From the NCBI GenBank assembly GCA_905182425.1, contig CAJJBP010000005.1, positions 24,265 through 88,264 of the forward strand: a DNA stretch of 64,000 nucleotides, read 5' to 3'. Made by a program: the position numbers and the translations under genes. This document shows, one piece after another, positions 1-10,945 of the stretch. The stretch's first letter is position 1. Each line of letters begins with the position of its first letter. The notes under the pieces were generated by a model. The model ran no database searches, was not told the DNA's origin, and saw only the letters and a program-made list of their open reading frames with translations. Origin of the DNA: an uncultured Planktomarina sp. Lineage in GTDB: Bacteria; Pseudomonadota; Alphaproteobacteria; Rhodobacterales; Rhodobacteraceae.

Positions 1-281
1 GACGTAAATTCAAAAATCCAGGCCCCGCCACCTCAGCAAATGCAACGCGGGTATCTGCCAATAAAAGGCTCGCTAATTTTTCGGCTATATCCCGAGGCTT
101 CAAACCCTGAAGTCTTTGCAAGTACCATTGCTGCGTTTGTAGCCATGTCACCGTGAGCGGTATCACGCGGGGGCTCAACAGTGACAGACGCAAAGTTTAA
201 ACCTTCCGGTAAATCTTTGTTCATTTCCATGTGGTTTAGGCAGTCAATTACTAGGCTGCGGATTTCGGCAAATAGGTTCAT
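1..281 (-). CDS. argS: Arginine--tRNA ligase, N-terminal part (runs off window; apparent frameshift near 100)
   Basis: [22 protein letters not shown] is the ArgRS N-terminal motif. The shifted frame continues [13 protein letters not shown]. It lies downstream of dgt, as is usual in Rhodobacteraceae. Confidence 0.9.
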
Positions 282-329
282 TTAATTTTCCCAATATGAG
301 TTCTGGGTTTAGCAAAAATATGGGTCAGG

Positions 330-1472
330 TCAACGCGTCTCTAAAAGTCTATCAAATTCCAGTTGCGCAAACCGGTCTGTCATCCCGGCTATATAATCTC
401 CAATGATCCTTGCACGTGGTAAGTCACTAGCGTGCGCCAACACCGCTCCGCGCCACTCGGAGGGAAGCAGCTGCGGAGAATTCATAAAGCATTCGAACAG
501 CTGACAAACCACAAGCGCGGCATGCTCACGTTGGATTAGAACGGGCTCAGCACGGTACATATTTTTAAACAAAAACTTTCGAATTTCTTTGAGCTCGTCC
601 CAAAGAGGTTTGGAAAACTGTATTACTGAATAATCTAGATCACGAACATCTTGAGCACATTTAACACATGAAGCATTTAGTATAGCTGTGCTCGTTGTAA
701 TAACATCCCCAACCATAACGCTAAATACGCGTCGCAAGGCCTCGTGTCGCCGCTTACTTCGACACAACTCCGGATAAAGTAAGTCAACTTCTGCGTACGC
801 AGCCCCCACCAATGGCACTTCACTTGCTTGATCATCAGTAAATAAACCTGCCCTGAGACCATCATGCAAATCATGGTTATTGTAGGCTATATCATCTGCC
901 AAAGCGGCAACCTGCGCTTCCGCACTGGCAAAAGTATGCAATTCAAGATCATGAACCGAGTTATATTCTTTCAGCGCCAGCGGGTATGGATGAGGTACAG
1001 GTCCATTATGCTTAGCAATTCCTTCCAAACAGTCCCACGTAAGGTTTAGCCCATTAAATAACGCATAATGTTGTTCAAGACTGGTTACAATTCGTAATGC
1101 TTGAGCATTGTGATCAAATCCACCAAATGTTCTCATACATTGATCGAGTGCGTCTTCCCCCGTATGGCCGAATGGTGTGTGACCTAAATCATGCGCCAGC
1201 GATATAGCCTCAACAAGTTCCTGATTTAAACTTAACGCACTAGCTATGGTTCGCGCAACTTGCGAAACTTCTATCGAGTGGGTCAAACGGGTTCTAAAGT
1301 AGTCACCCTCCCGCTCGACAAAGACCTGAGTTTTATGTTTCAAGCGACGAAACGCGCTTGAGTGGGTAATACGATCGCGATCCCTCTGAAAACATGAACG
1401 AAATGCACTCTCTCGTTCTGCAAATAAACGGCCTCTGGTTTGATCTGGATTAGATGAGAAAATTGCTTGCAT
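330..1472 (-). CDS. dgt: Deoxyguanosinetriphosphate triphosphohydrolase (HD domain)
   Basis: FQRDRDRI..FRRLKHKTQVF, RTRLTHSIEV, AHDLGHTPFGH, DYIAGMTD. Likely start is ATG 1472. Confidence 0.93.
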   Translation of the reverse strand: MQAIFSSNPDQTRGRLFAERESAFRSCFQRDRDRITHSSAFRRLKHKTQVFVEREGDYFRTRLTHSIEVSQVARTIASALSLNQELVEAISLAHDLGHTPFGHTGEDALDQCMRTFGGFDHNAQALRIVTSLEQHYALFNGLNLTWDCLEGIAKHNGPVPHPYPLALKEYNSVHDLELHTFASAEAQVAALADDIAYNNHDLHDGLRAGLFTDDQASEVPLVGAAYAEVDLLYPELCRSKRRHEALRRVFSVMVGDVITTSTAILNASCVKCAQDVRDLDYSVIQFSKPLWDELKEIRKFLFKNMYRAEPVLIQREHAALVVCQLFECFMNSPQLLPSEWRGAVLAHASDLPRARIIGDYIAGMTDRFAQLEFDRLLETR

Positions 1473-1546
1473 AATGTATACCTTGTCGCTTTCCCTTAGA
1501 CCTCGTATATGTTTAAAAATAAACAATGTCATGCGAGCAATCTATT

Positions 1547-1873
1547 ATGCTAAACTTACCACCTAAAGTAACAGACCGAGCTTTTGAAAGACTAGTTGAA
1601 ATTGGCGCAAGTGCAGGTGGCAAGGTTCTTAGAGTGGCGGTAGAGGGAGGTGGGTGTTCCGGCTTTCAGTACGAAATAGATCTTGATAGCGAGCGTAACG
1701 ATGATCTAGTCATTAGTTCAAAAGGCGAATCCGTCGTAATAGACAGCATATCCCTACCCTTTTTGACGTCAGCAGTCATTGATTTTAGTGAAGAACTTAT
1801 AGGTGCAAGGTTTACCATAGAAAACCCGAACGCTACAGCGAGTTGTGGCTGTGGGACATCTTTCTCAATTTAA
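1547..1873 (+). CDS. erpA: Fe-S cluster insertion protein, HesB/IscA/ErpA family
   Basis: GGGCSGFQY and NPNATASCGCGTSF motifs. Confidence 0.88.
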   Translation: MLNLPPKVTDRAFERLVEIGASAGGKVLRVAVEGGGCSGFQYEIDLDSERNDDLVISSKGESVVIDSISLPFLTSAVIDFSEELIGARFTIENPNATASCGCGTSFSI

Positions 1874-1947
1874 TCAAAAAACCCAACTGCACAGCGCAAG
1901 GTAAACACCTGCTAGTAAAGTCCATCAGATTGCGAGAAATGCGTTAT

Positions 1948-2727
1948 ATGAAAATTGCTACTTTTAATATAAACGGTATTAAGGCTCGAATTAACGCCTT
2001 GACCGTTTGGCTAAGCGAAGCAAATCCTGACATAGTACTGCTACAGGAAATTAAGTCAGTCGATGAAAATTTTCCTCGCGAGCATTTTGAGGATATGGGT
2101 TATCAGGTAGAAACTCATGGTCAAAAAAGCTTTAACGGCGTTGCCATCTTGTCTAAATTTCCCTTAGAAGATATCAAACGAGGGTTGCCTGGAGATGACG
2201 CAGACGAGCAAGCTCGTTGGATAGAAGCCACCGTTATGTGCAACACCGCTATTAGGGTTTGTGGGCTATATTTACCAAATGGAAACCCTGCACCAGGACC
2301 TAAATACGACTATAAACTAAAATGGATGGAGCGCCTTAAACGACGTGCTCAAGAGCTTATTGTTTCCGAGGAGCCTGCATTGATGGCAGGCGATTTTAAT
2401 ATAATAGCGCAGCCTGAAGATGCAGCTGATCCAAAAAAATGGCAGGATGATGCATTATATTTACCAAAATCACGGGCAGCCTTTTGGGAAATTTTAAATA
2501 TTGGGTTTACTGAAGCCTTTCGTGCAGTTCACCAAGGTCCTGGGCACTACTCGTTTTGGGATTATCAAGCAGGTAGCTGGCAGCGGAACAATGGCATTCG
2601 TATTGACCACTTTTTGTTAACGCCACAGTGCGCGGATTTGTTAGTAGATTGTACGATTGACTTCGGTATCCGAGGCCGTGAGAAGCCATCGGATCATGTA
2701 CCAGTTTGGATTAGTTTAGGCGTGTAA
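1948..2727 (+). CDS. xth: Exodeoxyribonuclease III
   Basis: MKIATFNINGI, LQEIK, YLPNGNP, GDFN, RIDHFL, PSDHVPV. Confidence 0.95.
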   Translation: MKIATFNINGIKARINALTVWLSEANPDIVLLQEIKSVDENFPREHFEDMGYQVETHGQKSFNGVAILSKFPLEDIKRGLPGDDADEQARWIEATVMCNTAIRVCGLYLPNGNPAPGPKYDYKLKWMERLKRRAQELIVSEEPALMAGDFNIIAQPEDAADPKKWQDDALYLPKSRAAFWEILNIGFTEAFRAVHQGPGHYSFWDYQAGSWQRNNGIRIDHFLLTPQCADLLVDCTIDFGIRGREKPSDHVPVWISLGV

Positions 2728-2780
2728 GCCATTTTAAAAACAGAGTATTATATAACTTACTTTAAGTAATAATTTAAAGA

Positions 2781-3203
2781 TCAGTCGTCCCTATGAACTT
2801 TTTCGCGACGCTCGTGACGCTCTTGGGCTTCTACACTCATTGTAGCAATTGGACGAGCATCGAGCCTGCGAAGTGAAATGGGCTCACCTGTATCTTCGCA
2901 ATATCCGTATTCGCCTTCTTCAATTCGCCTTATAGCAGACTCAATTTTAGAAACCAATTTACGCTGTCGATCACGTGTTCTTAATTCAAGTGCGCGATCA
3001 GTTTCTTCACTAGCCCGATCGGAGATGTCAGGAATTGCACGTGTGCTGTCCTGCAGTGTTTCAATAGTGTCCTTGCTGTCTGACATCAATTCGCTCTTCC
3101 AAGTGAGTAATTTCCGACGAAAATATTCCACCTGAAGATCATTCATAAACGGCTCATCATCTGCCGGAGTATAATTGTCCGGTAAAAATATTTCAGCTTT
3201 CAT
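2781..3203 (-). CDS. dksA: RNA polymerase-binding factor DksA
   Basis: DRASEETDRALELRTRDRQRKL, GEYGYCEDTGEPI..RLDARP. Confidence 0.95.
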   Translation of the reverse strand: MKAEIFLPDNYTPADDEPFMNDLQVEYFRRKLLTWKSELMSDSKDTIETLQDSTRAIPDISDRASEETDRALELRTRDRQRKLVSKIESAIRRIEEGEYGYCEDTGEPISLRRLDARPIATMSVEAQERHERREKVHRDD

Positions 3204-3360
3204 AAGAAATTTCCTTACTGATTTCCGCAACGCAGAGCTTATGCTATGGGCCGTTGATCGCGATGTATCCAAATTTCTGGTCATTGTCACGTGGAAAACA
3301 GGAATTTGAACATCTCTAATCACATGTTAAGACACCCAAGAGCAATTAGAGAGTCGCATC

Positions 3361-4200
3361 GTGAAATTTAAATCTACAGACACATACATAGCCGCAGATG
3401 ATCTTGCCGTCGCTGTAAACGCTGCCGTCACTTTAGAACGTCCTCTTCTCGTCAAAGGTGAGCCTGGAACAGGCAAAACTGAACTTGCACGCCAGGTGGC
3501 AAATTCACTGGAAATGGAAATAATTGAGTGGAACATAAAATCTACCACAAGGGCACAGCAAGGTCTCTATGAATACGATGCCGTGAGCCGTCTGCGTGAT
3601 AGTCAGTTGGGTGACGCTCGTGTGCACAGCGTCGAAAATTATATTAAAAAAGGAAAGCTTTGGAAAGCATTTGATACTGAACAGAAAGTAGTTCTGTTGA
3701 TCGATGAAATTGATAAGGCAGACATAGAATTTCCCAATGATCTTTTGCAAGAACTAGATCGCATGGCGTTCCACGTTTATGAAACTGGCGCCACTGTGGA
3801 GGCTAAATGCCGTCCGGTTGTGATAATCACATCTAATAATGAAAAAGAGCTTCCAGACGCGTTTTTGCGGCGTTGTTTTTTTCACTACATAAGCTTTCCC
3901 GATCCAGAAACATTACGAAAAATCATTGAAGTACATCACCCAAGCTTGAAATCTCAATTGCTAGAAACGGCTTTGTCCCAATTTTTTGAAATTCGAGAGA
4001 CATCAGGCATTAAAAAGAAACCTTCCACGAGCGAAGTCTTGGATTGGCTGAAGCTAATACTAGCAGAAGACCTAACAGCAGAGGATCTAAAACGGGATGG
4101 TGTCAACGCCCTTCCCCAGTTGCATGGCGCCTTGTTGAAAAATGAGCAAGATGTTCATCTGTTTGAACGCTTAGCATTTCTCCAGCGTAGTGGTCGATAA
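3361..4200 (+). CDS. MoxR-family AAA+ ATPase
   Basis: Walker A GEPGTGKT, Walker B LLIDEIDKAD, ITSNNEKELPDAFLRRC. Confidence 0.92.
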   Translation: MKFKSTDTYIAADDLAVAVNAAVTLERPLLVKGEPGTGKTELARQVANSLEMEIIEWNIKSTTRAQQGLYEYDAVSRLRDSQLGDARVHSVENYIKKGKLWKAFDTEQKVVLLIDEIDKADIEFPNDLLQELDRMAFHVYETGATVEAKCRPVVIITSNNEKELPDAFLRRCFFHYISFPDPETLRKIIEVHHPSLKSQLLETALSQFFEIRETSGIKKKPSTSEVLDWLKLILAEDLTAEDLKRDGVNALPQLHGALLKNEQDVHLFERLAFLQRSGR

Positions 4201-4288
4201 CTAAAAACTCACTATAATCATTACTGTTAATGATTTAGGCGACGATTTAAGCCTTAATCTATATACAGCCAGTAAAATTGGATAAAGC

Positions 4289-4450
4289 ATGACTTACATT
4301 GGATTACTTACCGGCGCAGTGTTTGGGAGCTTACTAGCATGGCGGCGAAAGGGTTTACTTTTAGACATTCTTCAGTACATGGCTGTTTGCTCGATTATCG
4401 GCGGCCTTTTAGCGTTAATACTAAATGTATTCATACTGCGTTGGGTCTAA
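4289..4450 (+). CDS. Small two-helix membrane protein (53 aa), absent from the ORF track
   Basis: Hand translation MTYIGLLTGAVFGSLLAWRRKGLLLDILQYMAVCSIIGGLLALILNVFILRWV*. The stop lies 6 nt before the VWA start. Confidence 0.7.
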   Translation: MTYIGLLTGAVFGSLLAWRRKGLLLDILQYMAVCSIIGGLLALILNVFILRWV

Positions 4451-4456
4451 ACCTTA

Positions 4457-5639
4457 ATGTTTTTGCCATTTTTTGCCAACCTAAGAGCCTCCAACATACC
4501 CGTATCTATTCGGGAGTTCTTGGCTTTTCTAAATGCAATAAAAATGAATTTATCAACATATGATATGGACCACTTTTATTTGCTTGCCCGAACTATTTTA
4601 GTGAAGGATGAACGTAATCTGGACAAATTTGACCGTGCTTTTTCAGCCACCTTTGAAGGTCTTGAGCAAATTTCAACTAACGAAATGCTCGAACGAACGG
4701 ATTTACCAGAAGACTGGTTGCGTAAGCTAGCAGAAAAAACTTTATCGGAGGCCGATAAAGCTGAGATTGAAGCTTTAGGAGGCTTTGACAAGTTAATGGA
4801 AACTCTGCGCAAACGCCTCAACGAACAAAAAGGTAGGCATCAGGGCGGCAACAAATGGGTTGGAACTGCGGGAACATCTCCTTTTGGTGCTCATGGTTAC
4901 AATCCTGAAGGAGTACGTATTGGACAATCCGAAAGTCGGCATCAGCGGGCTGTAAAAGTTTGGGATAAACGAAATTTTAAAAATTTAGACGGTGATGTTG
5001 AACTGGGTACGCGCAACATAAAAGTAGCCTTAAAAAGGCTGCGTAAATGGGCTCGTGATGGCGCACAAGAAGAACTTGATCTAGATAATACTATCCAAAA
5101 AACAGCTGAAAATGGTTATCTTGACGTGCAAACCCGACCTGAGCGTCGTAATGCAGTAAAAGTACTATTATTTTTAGATGTTGGTGGCTCAATGGATCCA
5201 CATATTAAATTGGTAGAAGAACTTTTTTCTGCAGCCCGCTCAGAGTTCAAGCATATGAGGAGCTATTACTTTCATAATTGCTTGTATGACGGTGTTTGGA
5301 GTGACAATGCCCGGCGTTGGGACGCACAAATACCAACGGACAGAGATTTTACGAACATACGGCCCCGACTATAAGTGCATATTTGTTGGAGACGCCTCGA
5401 TGTCGCCATACGAAATAGCGTACGCCGGTGGAGCAAATGAGCACTGGAACCCAATTGCTGGACAAGTTTGGCTTCGACGGGCACAAGTCCAATGGGCAAA
5501 TTCAATTTGGCTAAACCCAATCCCAGAGAAATACTGGCCATACACCCAATCCATAGGTATGGTTCAGGACTTATTTGAAAATAGGATGGTTCCCATGACA
5601 TTAGGTGGAATTTCAAAGGGTATGAAATTATTAACTTAA
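4457..5639 (+). CDS. VWA-domain (CoxE-like) MoxR partner; one apparent frameshift near 5335
   Basis: FLDVGGSMD MIDAS-like motif. ORFs 4457-5374 and 5286-5639 join (..ILRTYGPDYKCIFVGDASMSPYE). Confidence 0.88.
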
Positions 5640-5686
5640 TGAAGCTGAGGGTTGAAACCTAGGCCAAGCTATACCATTTAAGAACT

Positions 5687-6376
5687 ATGCAATTTATTGT
5701 CCCATTACTGTGTGCTGCTGCGTTTGGCGTTGCCAGTTATTTGTACTCTGTAATGAAATCAAATAATGCGCTAGCTGCAAACTCAGAGCCGTTAAGTGAT
5801 CCATCGCTCGAAGATATATTTCAGCGAATGGCTACAGCTCTCGATGTACAGAAGCTCCGTTTAAATATATATAAAATTGATGCTGTAAATGGTCTTGCTG
5901 CAGCAAATAGTCAAATTTATATAACTCAAGGATTTATCAACAAATACGCGGCTGGTGACGTAACTGCCACTGAACTTGCATCTGTAGTGGCACATGAATT
6001 AGGCCATGTAGCACTGGGACACACTCGCCGTCGAATGATTGATTTTTCTGGACAGAATGCGATGCGAACAGCTCTAGCTATTACACTTAATAGATTTATA
6101 CCATTTATTGGACCGTGGATAGCTAACCTCGCTGTCACAATAGTAGCTGCTCGTATGTCCCGCAAAGATGAACTTGAAGCTGACGCCTACGCAACCGCAT
6201 TAATGATAAAGTCTGGATTGGGAGCCCGATCTCAAAAAGACTTACTGTCGAAGCTCGATAAAATAACGGGTGTCGGCGGCGGCACTCCTGCTTGGTTTCT
6301 TAGCCATCCAAAAACAAAAGATCGCCTTCGAGCTATTGAGCAAAACGAACTTAAATGGACCGGAGAATTAAGCTAG
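5687..6376 (+). CDS. M48-family zinc metallopeptidase
   Basis: AHELGH, ELEADAYA, FLSHP. Confidence 0.9.
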   Translation: MQFIVPLLCAAAFGVASYLYSVMKSNNALAANSEPLSDPSLEDIFQRMATALDVQKLRLNIYKIDAVNGLAAANSQIYITQGFINKYAAGDVTATELASVVAHELGHVALGHTRRRMIDFSGQNAMRTALAITLNRFIPFIGPWIANLAVTIVAARMSRKDELEADAYATALMIKSGLGARSQKDLLSKLDKITGVGGGTPAWFLSHPKTKDRLRAIEQNELKWTGELS

Positions 6377-6904
6377 CTTCTCAAACTTTTGCCCAAACTG
6401 ACCTAACCAAGATTTACGCCATAATCCCCTGACATTTAAATCTGGGTTCTGCAATAAAGTTTCCGAAACAATCGGCTGAATAACTGCATAAACCTGATTT
6501 GGATATCTTTTCAATGCCATACACATCAATTGATCCGGATCATAAAGTTTAAGTCCGTAGTGTATTAATTCATTTTTGGGAAAATCCTTTTTGTTGAAGG
6601 TCACAATAGCATTGGCATTTTGTGCCACGGCTAGCGCCAACACGTGGATGTCATTCTTATCGGGAAGCCAAAACTCAATTAAATTTTGAGGAGTCGGATA
6701 AATAGTATCTTTATGATTTCGCCGAAATTGAGTGATGGCCACGTCGGCTTCAAGGGTTTCCATAGAGTTTTTTCCAGAGCGGCGCCATTCCTCTAAAATA
6801 TGTGGTGACACCATAATTTTGAATTGACCAATGTTTGCGACCTGCAGCAGAACACACCGCAAAAAGGTTGGTACCAAAACACAAGTGTCAAAGACCACCC
6901 GCAT
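6368..6904 (-). CDS. PIN-domain protein
   Basis: VVFDTCVL, ILEEW, PDKNDIHVLALA..IVTFNKKDFP. Confidence 0.85.
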   Translation of the reverse strand: MRVVFDTCVLVPTFLRCVLLQVANIGQFKIMVSPHILEEWRRSGKNSMETLEADVAITQFRRNHKDTIYPTPQNLIEFWLPDKNDIHVLALAVAQNANAIVTFNKKDFPKNELIHYGLKLYDPDQLMCMALKRYPNQVYAVIQPIVSETLLQNPDLNVRGLWRKSWLGQFGQKFEKLA

Positions 6905-8101
6905 TATAAAATCCGAAATACCAATACTTTGAGATAACTAGACTCTGCTAAAGCCATATGCTGAGGATGATCAGGTCCAGCACTACCTGTATGAATAAGC
7001 TGTGCCTCCCGACCAGCTCGGCCTATACCGCGAATACAGGCAGTACGAAAACGTTCAGGATCTGCAGCATGCGAGCAAGAACACAAAGTTAGATATCCAC
7101 CCTCTTCAACCAAGGGACTTGCAAGTCGTGCTATCCTTTCGTAAGCACGCAACCCTGCTTCCCGCGATGATTTGTGGGGTGCAAACGCAGGCGGGTCACA
7201 GACAACTATATCATAGGTTATTTCTTTCTCCTGCAGACCAATCATAGCATCAAATGCATCAGCTTTCTGAACAGTGAAAGCCGTTTCTGCGTTGGTTGCC
7301 GCCGCTCCCAACTTTGCCAATTCTAACGCGGGAAGAGAACCATCCACACAGTGAACCGCACGGGCACCTGCCGCCATCGCAGCAAGTCCGAAACCTCCAA
7401 CGTGCGAGAAAACATCCAACAACGTTTTTATCCTTTGTTAAGTTTTGAACAAAATTATGGTTAGGACGCTGATCATAAAATATCCCAGTCTTTTGGCCTT
7501 GCGCAACATCAGCAAAATACACCGCCCCATTCATGGGAACTCGCAATGCCTTACTTGGCATTTCGCCGTGTGCCATGTAACGAGAGTCCTCTAGCCCTTC
7601 AAGGGCACGTGCACGACCTGTCCCATTAATAACGATTGCTTTGGGCGCAAGCACTGTTTTGAGTGCATCTACTAATAAAAGGAGCAGTCTATCCGCCCAG
7701 GCCGCATTTGGCTGGACAACCAAAATGTCGTCAAAACGGTCAACAATCAGCCCAGGCAAATTATCAGCTTCAGCATGTACGAGCCGGTAAAACGGCTTAT
7801 CATATAAAGTATTACGAAACATTAGGGCCACAGTAAGCTTTTTTATAAACCAATCCGTATTGATTTTTGTATCTGGATCAAAAGCGACACGGCGTGCAAT
7901 AATTTTGGAATGAGCATTAAAGGCAAAAAGGCCAAGCGAATTTTGCGCATGATCCGTTAACTTAACCAAACTTCCCGCTTCTATATTACGGGTTCTCCTG
8001 TCAGTGACTAATTCATTATCGTAAACCCAGGGAAACCCATGACGCAACCTTTGAGGGCTGGTCTTTGGCTTTAGGCGTATTACTGGTTGTTCAGTATTCA
8101 T
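6904..8101 (-). CDS. RlmI-like SAM-dependent RNA methyltransferase (PUA + MTase); apparent frameshift near 7420
   Basis: GFPWVYDNE, GQKTGIFYDQR, LDVFSHVGGFG, DPPAF, CSCSH, split over two ORFs. Confidence 0.87.
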
Positions 8102-8191
8102 TTTTGTCTCCGATCCTGCATTTAATCGCCTAAATCAATGAAAGTATCACAGCAAGTCCAGATCTGTATTGATTTTTTACAAAAAATATGG

Positions 8192-8205
8192 TGATAGCGC
8201 TAACA
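8192..8205. promoter_or_regulatory. LacI-family operator candidate upstream of edd
   Basis: TGATAGCGCTAACA, one mismatch from the palindrome TGTTAGCGCTAACA, with the central CG typical of LacI operators. Confidence 0.65.
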
Positions 8206-8222
8206 TAGTAGTGGAGCATCAA

Positions 8223-10028
8223 ATGAAATTACACCCAAAGCTGGTGCAGGTTACAGAAAATATTATTGAACGGTCAAAGCCAACGCGCAATAATTATCTT
8301 GAAAAAATTGATCAAGCTGCAAAAAATGGACCCAGGCGTGCCCACTTGAGTTGCGGAAATCAAGCCCACGCCTATGCCGCGATGGGAGACGATAAATCTA
8401 CCCTTCTCGCCGCACGGGCACCTAACATTGGGATTATCTCGGCCTACAATGATATGCTTTCGGCGCATCAACCCTTCGAGACATTTCCAACTCAAATTAA
8501 AGCGGCAGCGCGCATGTATGGTGCAACAGCGCAAATGGCTGGTGGTGTTCCAGCAATGTGTGATGGTGTTACTCAAGGTCAACCAGGAATGGAGTTGAGC
8601 CTTTTTTCTCGTGATACAATAGCCTTGGCAGCAGCAGTAAGTTTGTCGCATAATACTTTTGATGCGGCTGTATTCTTAGGTGTTTGTGATAAAATCGTTC
8701 CAGGTATGGTAATAGCGGCGGCAACTTTTGGACATTTACCAGCTATTTTCCTACCTGCTGGACCCATGCCGTCTGGTATTACCAACGATGAGAAAACCGA
8801 AGTGCGCAAACGCTTTGCTGATGGAATGTGTAGCCGGGAGGAACTAATGGCGTCTGAAATGGCCAGTTATCACGGTCCGGGAACATGCACATTTTATGGC
8901 ACAGCCAATTCCAACCAGATGTTAATGGAATTTATGGGTTTGCACTTACCTGGCTCCAGTTTCGTACCCCCAAACAGTTTGTTAAGAACCGCTTTGACAT
9001 ACCAAGGAACAGCTAAAATTATTGCCAATACGGCACTTGGGGAACGTTATATTCATACTGCCAATATTCTTAGTGAGAAGGCTTGGGTGAACGGTATAGT
9101 TGGTTTAATGGCGACTGGTGGATCAACAAACCTTGTCTTACACCTACCGGCAATGGCACGGGCGGCTGGCGTCATTCTTAAACCACAAGATTTTGCCGAT
9201 ATTTCCGAAATAGTTCCGCTACTCGCAAAGGTTTATCCGAATGGGCTTGCTGATGTTAATCATTTTCACGCTGCAGGCGGTCTACCGTTTATAATCGGAC
9301 AACTTTTGGATGCCGATCTTTTACATGAAGATGTGATAACTGTTATGGGTAAAGGCCTTAGCGGCTACGCCGCTCAAGCAATGCTTAGTGGTGATGAGGT
9401 AACTTATGTGACTGCACCTAGAAAAAGTTTAAATGATAAAATTGTGCGTTCCGTCGCTGAGCCATTCGCTGCCAGTGGTGGTTTGAAAAATCTTGTTGGT
9501 AATATTGGATCAGCAGTTATTAAGGTCTCAGCTGTTGCAGAAAACAAAAGGTTTATAGAGGCTCCTGCCGCTGTTTTCAGAAACCAAGAGGCCGTCAAAG
9601 AGGCTTTCCAGGCTGGCAAACTCAACCGAGACGTCATTGTGGTTGTACGTTATCAGGGACCATCTGCGAATGGCATGCCTGAACTGCATAACCTTACCCC
9701 ATTTCTGTCAGTTTTAAGTGATCGAGGATTCAAAGTTGCCTTAGTGACAGACGGTCGTATGTCGGGTGCATCTGGGAAAGTTCTCGCAGCGATTCACCTA
9801 TCACCAGAAGCTGCAGCTAATGGAGCTATAGCTAAGATCCAAGATGGTGACATCCTAAGATTAGATGCTAACTTGGGTAAATTAGAAAATCTCGCTCATA
9901 ACTGGCTGGCACGTGAGATTATTCACCCAAACCTATCTGAAAATAACTCAGGTCTCGGCCGTGAACTATTTGCTGCCTTTAGGCAATTGGCTGGTCCAGC
10001 CTCTGAGGGTGGCAGTATAGTAATATAA
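8223..10028 (+). CDS. edd: Phosphogluconate dehydratase
   Basis: [47 protein letters not shown]. Confidence 0.96.
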   Translation: MKLHPKLVQVTENIIERSKPTRNNYLEKIDQAAKNGPRRAHLSCGNQAHAYAAMGDDKSTLLAARAPNIGIISAYNDMLSAHQPFETFPTQIKAAARMYGATAQMAGGVPAMCDGVTQGQPGMELSLFSRDTIALAAAVSLSHNTFDAAVFLGVCDKIVPGMVIAAATFGHLPAIFLPAGPMPSGITNDEKTEVRKRFADGMCSREELMASEMASYHGPGTCTFYGTANSNQMLMEFMGLHLPGSSFVPPNSLLRTALTYQGTAKIIANTALGERYIHTANILSEKAWVNGIVGLMATGGSTNLVLHLPAMARAAGVILKPQDFADISEIVPLLAKVYPNGLADVNHFHAAGGLPFIIGQLLDADLLHEDVITVMGKGLSGYAAQAMLSGDEVTYVTAPRKSLNDKIVRSVAEPFAASGGLKNLVGNIGSAVIKVSAVAENKRFIEAPAAVFRNQEAVKEAFQAGKLNRDVIVVVRYQGPSANGMPELHNLTPFLSVLSDRGFKVALVTDGRMSGASGKVLAAIHLSPEAAANGAIAKIQDGDILRLDANLGKLENLAHNWLAREIIHPNLSENNSGLGRELFAAFRQLAGPASEGGSIVI

Positions 10029-10038
10029 GAAAGTTAAT

Positions 10039-10671
10039 ATGACACACTCAAAGATTATTGAAAAAGTTTGTAATGCAGCGCCTATTATTCCAGTTCTCAC
10101 CATTGCTCGCATTGAGGATGCTCGACCTCTTGCACAGGCGCTAGTTAACGGTGGACTACCTGCCTTGGAGATTACACTCCGCACACCAATTGCAATGGAG
10201 GCTATCGCAGAGATGGTTAAAGTGCCTGGTGCTATGGTTGGCGTCGGCACCCTTCTGACTACACAACAGGTACGTGACGCAAAAAAATCAGGGGCTACAT
10301 TCGGTGTGTCTCCAGGTTCCACACCGTCACTCATTGCGGCGGCTGAAAAATTTGATTTACCCCTTTTACCAGGCGCCGCAACGGCATCAGAAGCCATGTA
10401 CCTTTTGGAACAAGGCTTTTTGTTTCAAAAGTTTTTCCCTGCCGAAACATCGGGTGGTGCCAAAGCACTCGCGGCGTTTGCAGCGCCTTTGCCACAAATT
10501 AAATTTTGTCCAACAGGTGGGATAAATAGCACGAATGCAGGCACATATTTGTCTTTACCAAATGTTGTGTGTGCTGGTGGAAGCTGGATGGCCCCAAAAA
10601 CCTTAATGGCAAAGCGAGCGTGGGCTGAGATTACTCAGATTGCCCGTCTCGCCGCTGACCTGCGTCCGTAA
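10039..10671 (+). CDS. eda: KDPG/KHG aldolase
   Basis: LEITLRT, VSPG, KFFPA, FCPTGGI, GGSW. Confidence 0.96.
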   Translation: MTHSKIIEKVCNAAPIIPVLTIARIEDARPLAQALVNGGLPALEITLRTPIAMEAIAEMVKVPGAMVGVGTLLTTQQVRDAKKSGATFGVSPGSTPSLIAAAEKFDLPLLPGAATASEAMYLLEQGFLFQKFFPAETSGGAKALAAFAAPLPQIKFCPTGGINSTNAGTYLSLPNVVCAGGSWMAPKTLMAKRAWAEITQIARLAADLRP

Positions 10672-10945
10672 TGCGCCCAGATCTTCCACCACGCCGTTTT
10701 TGAACAGGTGCAGGCGCCAAAGCTTCAGTCAAAACTTTGGTCATCGGGTGTTTTTGAAGTTCTGCTCCATAGTGATCGATGCAAAACTGAATATGGTCCG
10801 CCGGATTAGCCCCCAACTCGATTTGAATAGCCCAATCAAAGAAAATAGTTTTGCACTCAGGAAGTGTAATTCCATCAATACTGTAGCTTTCTCGGATCAG
10901 TCCTTTTGGGTCTACTTCACTCACTAGCATGGGCTTACCTTTCAC
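10631..10945 (-). CDS. Conserved hypothetical protein
   Basis: DPKGLIRESYSIDGITLPECKTIFFDWA, Arg-rich tail, overlaps the glnE stop. Confidence 0.7.
   Translation of the reverse strand: MKGKPMLVSEVDPKGLIRESYSIDGITLPECKTIFFDWAIQIELGANPADHIQFCIDHYGAELQKHPMTKVLTEALAPAPVQKRRGGRSGRITDAGQRRDGQSE

Noticed and set aside
330-1472. dGTPase as an anti-phage nucleotide-depletion system
   Set aside because: It sits in the core erpA-dgt-argS context typical of the housekeeping gene, with no defence neighbours.
6368-6904. VapBC toxin-antitoxin module
   Set aside because: No antitoxin ORF; the PIN gene is coupled to a methyltransferase instead.
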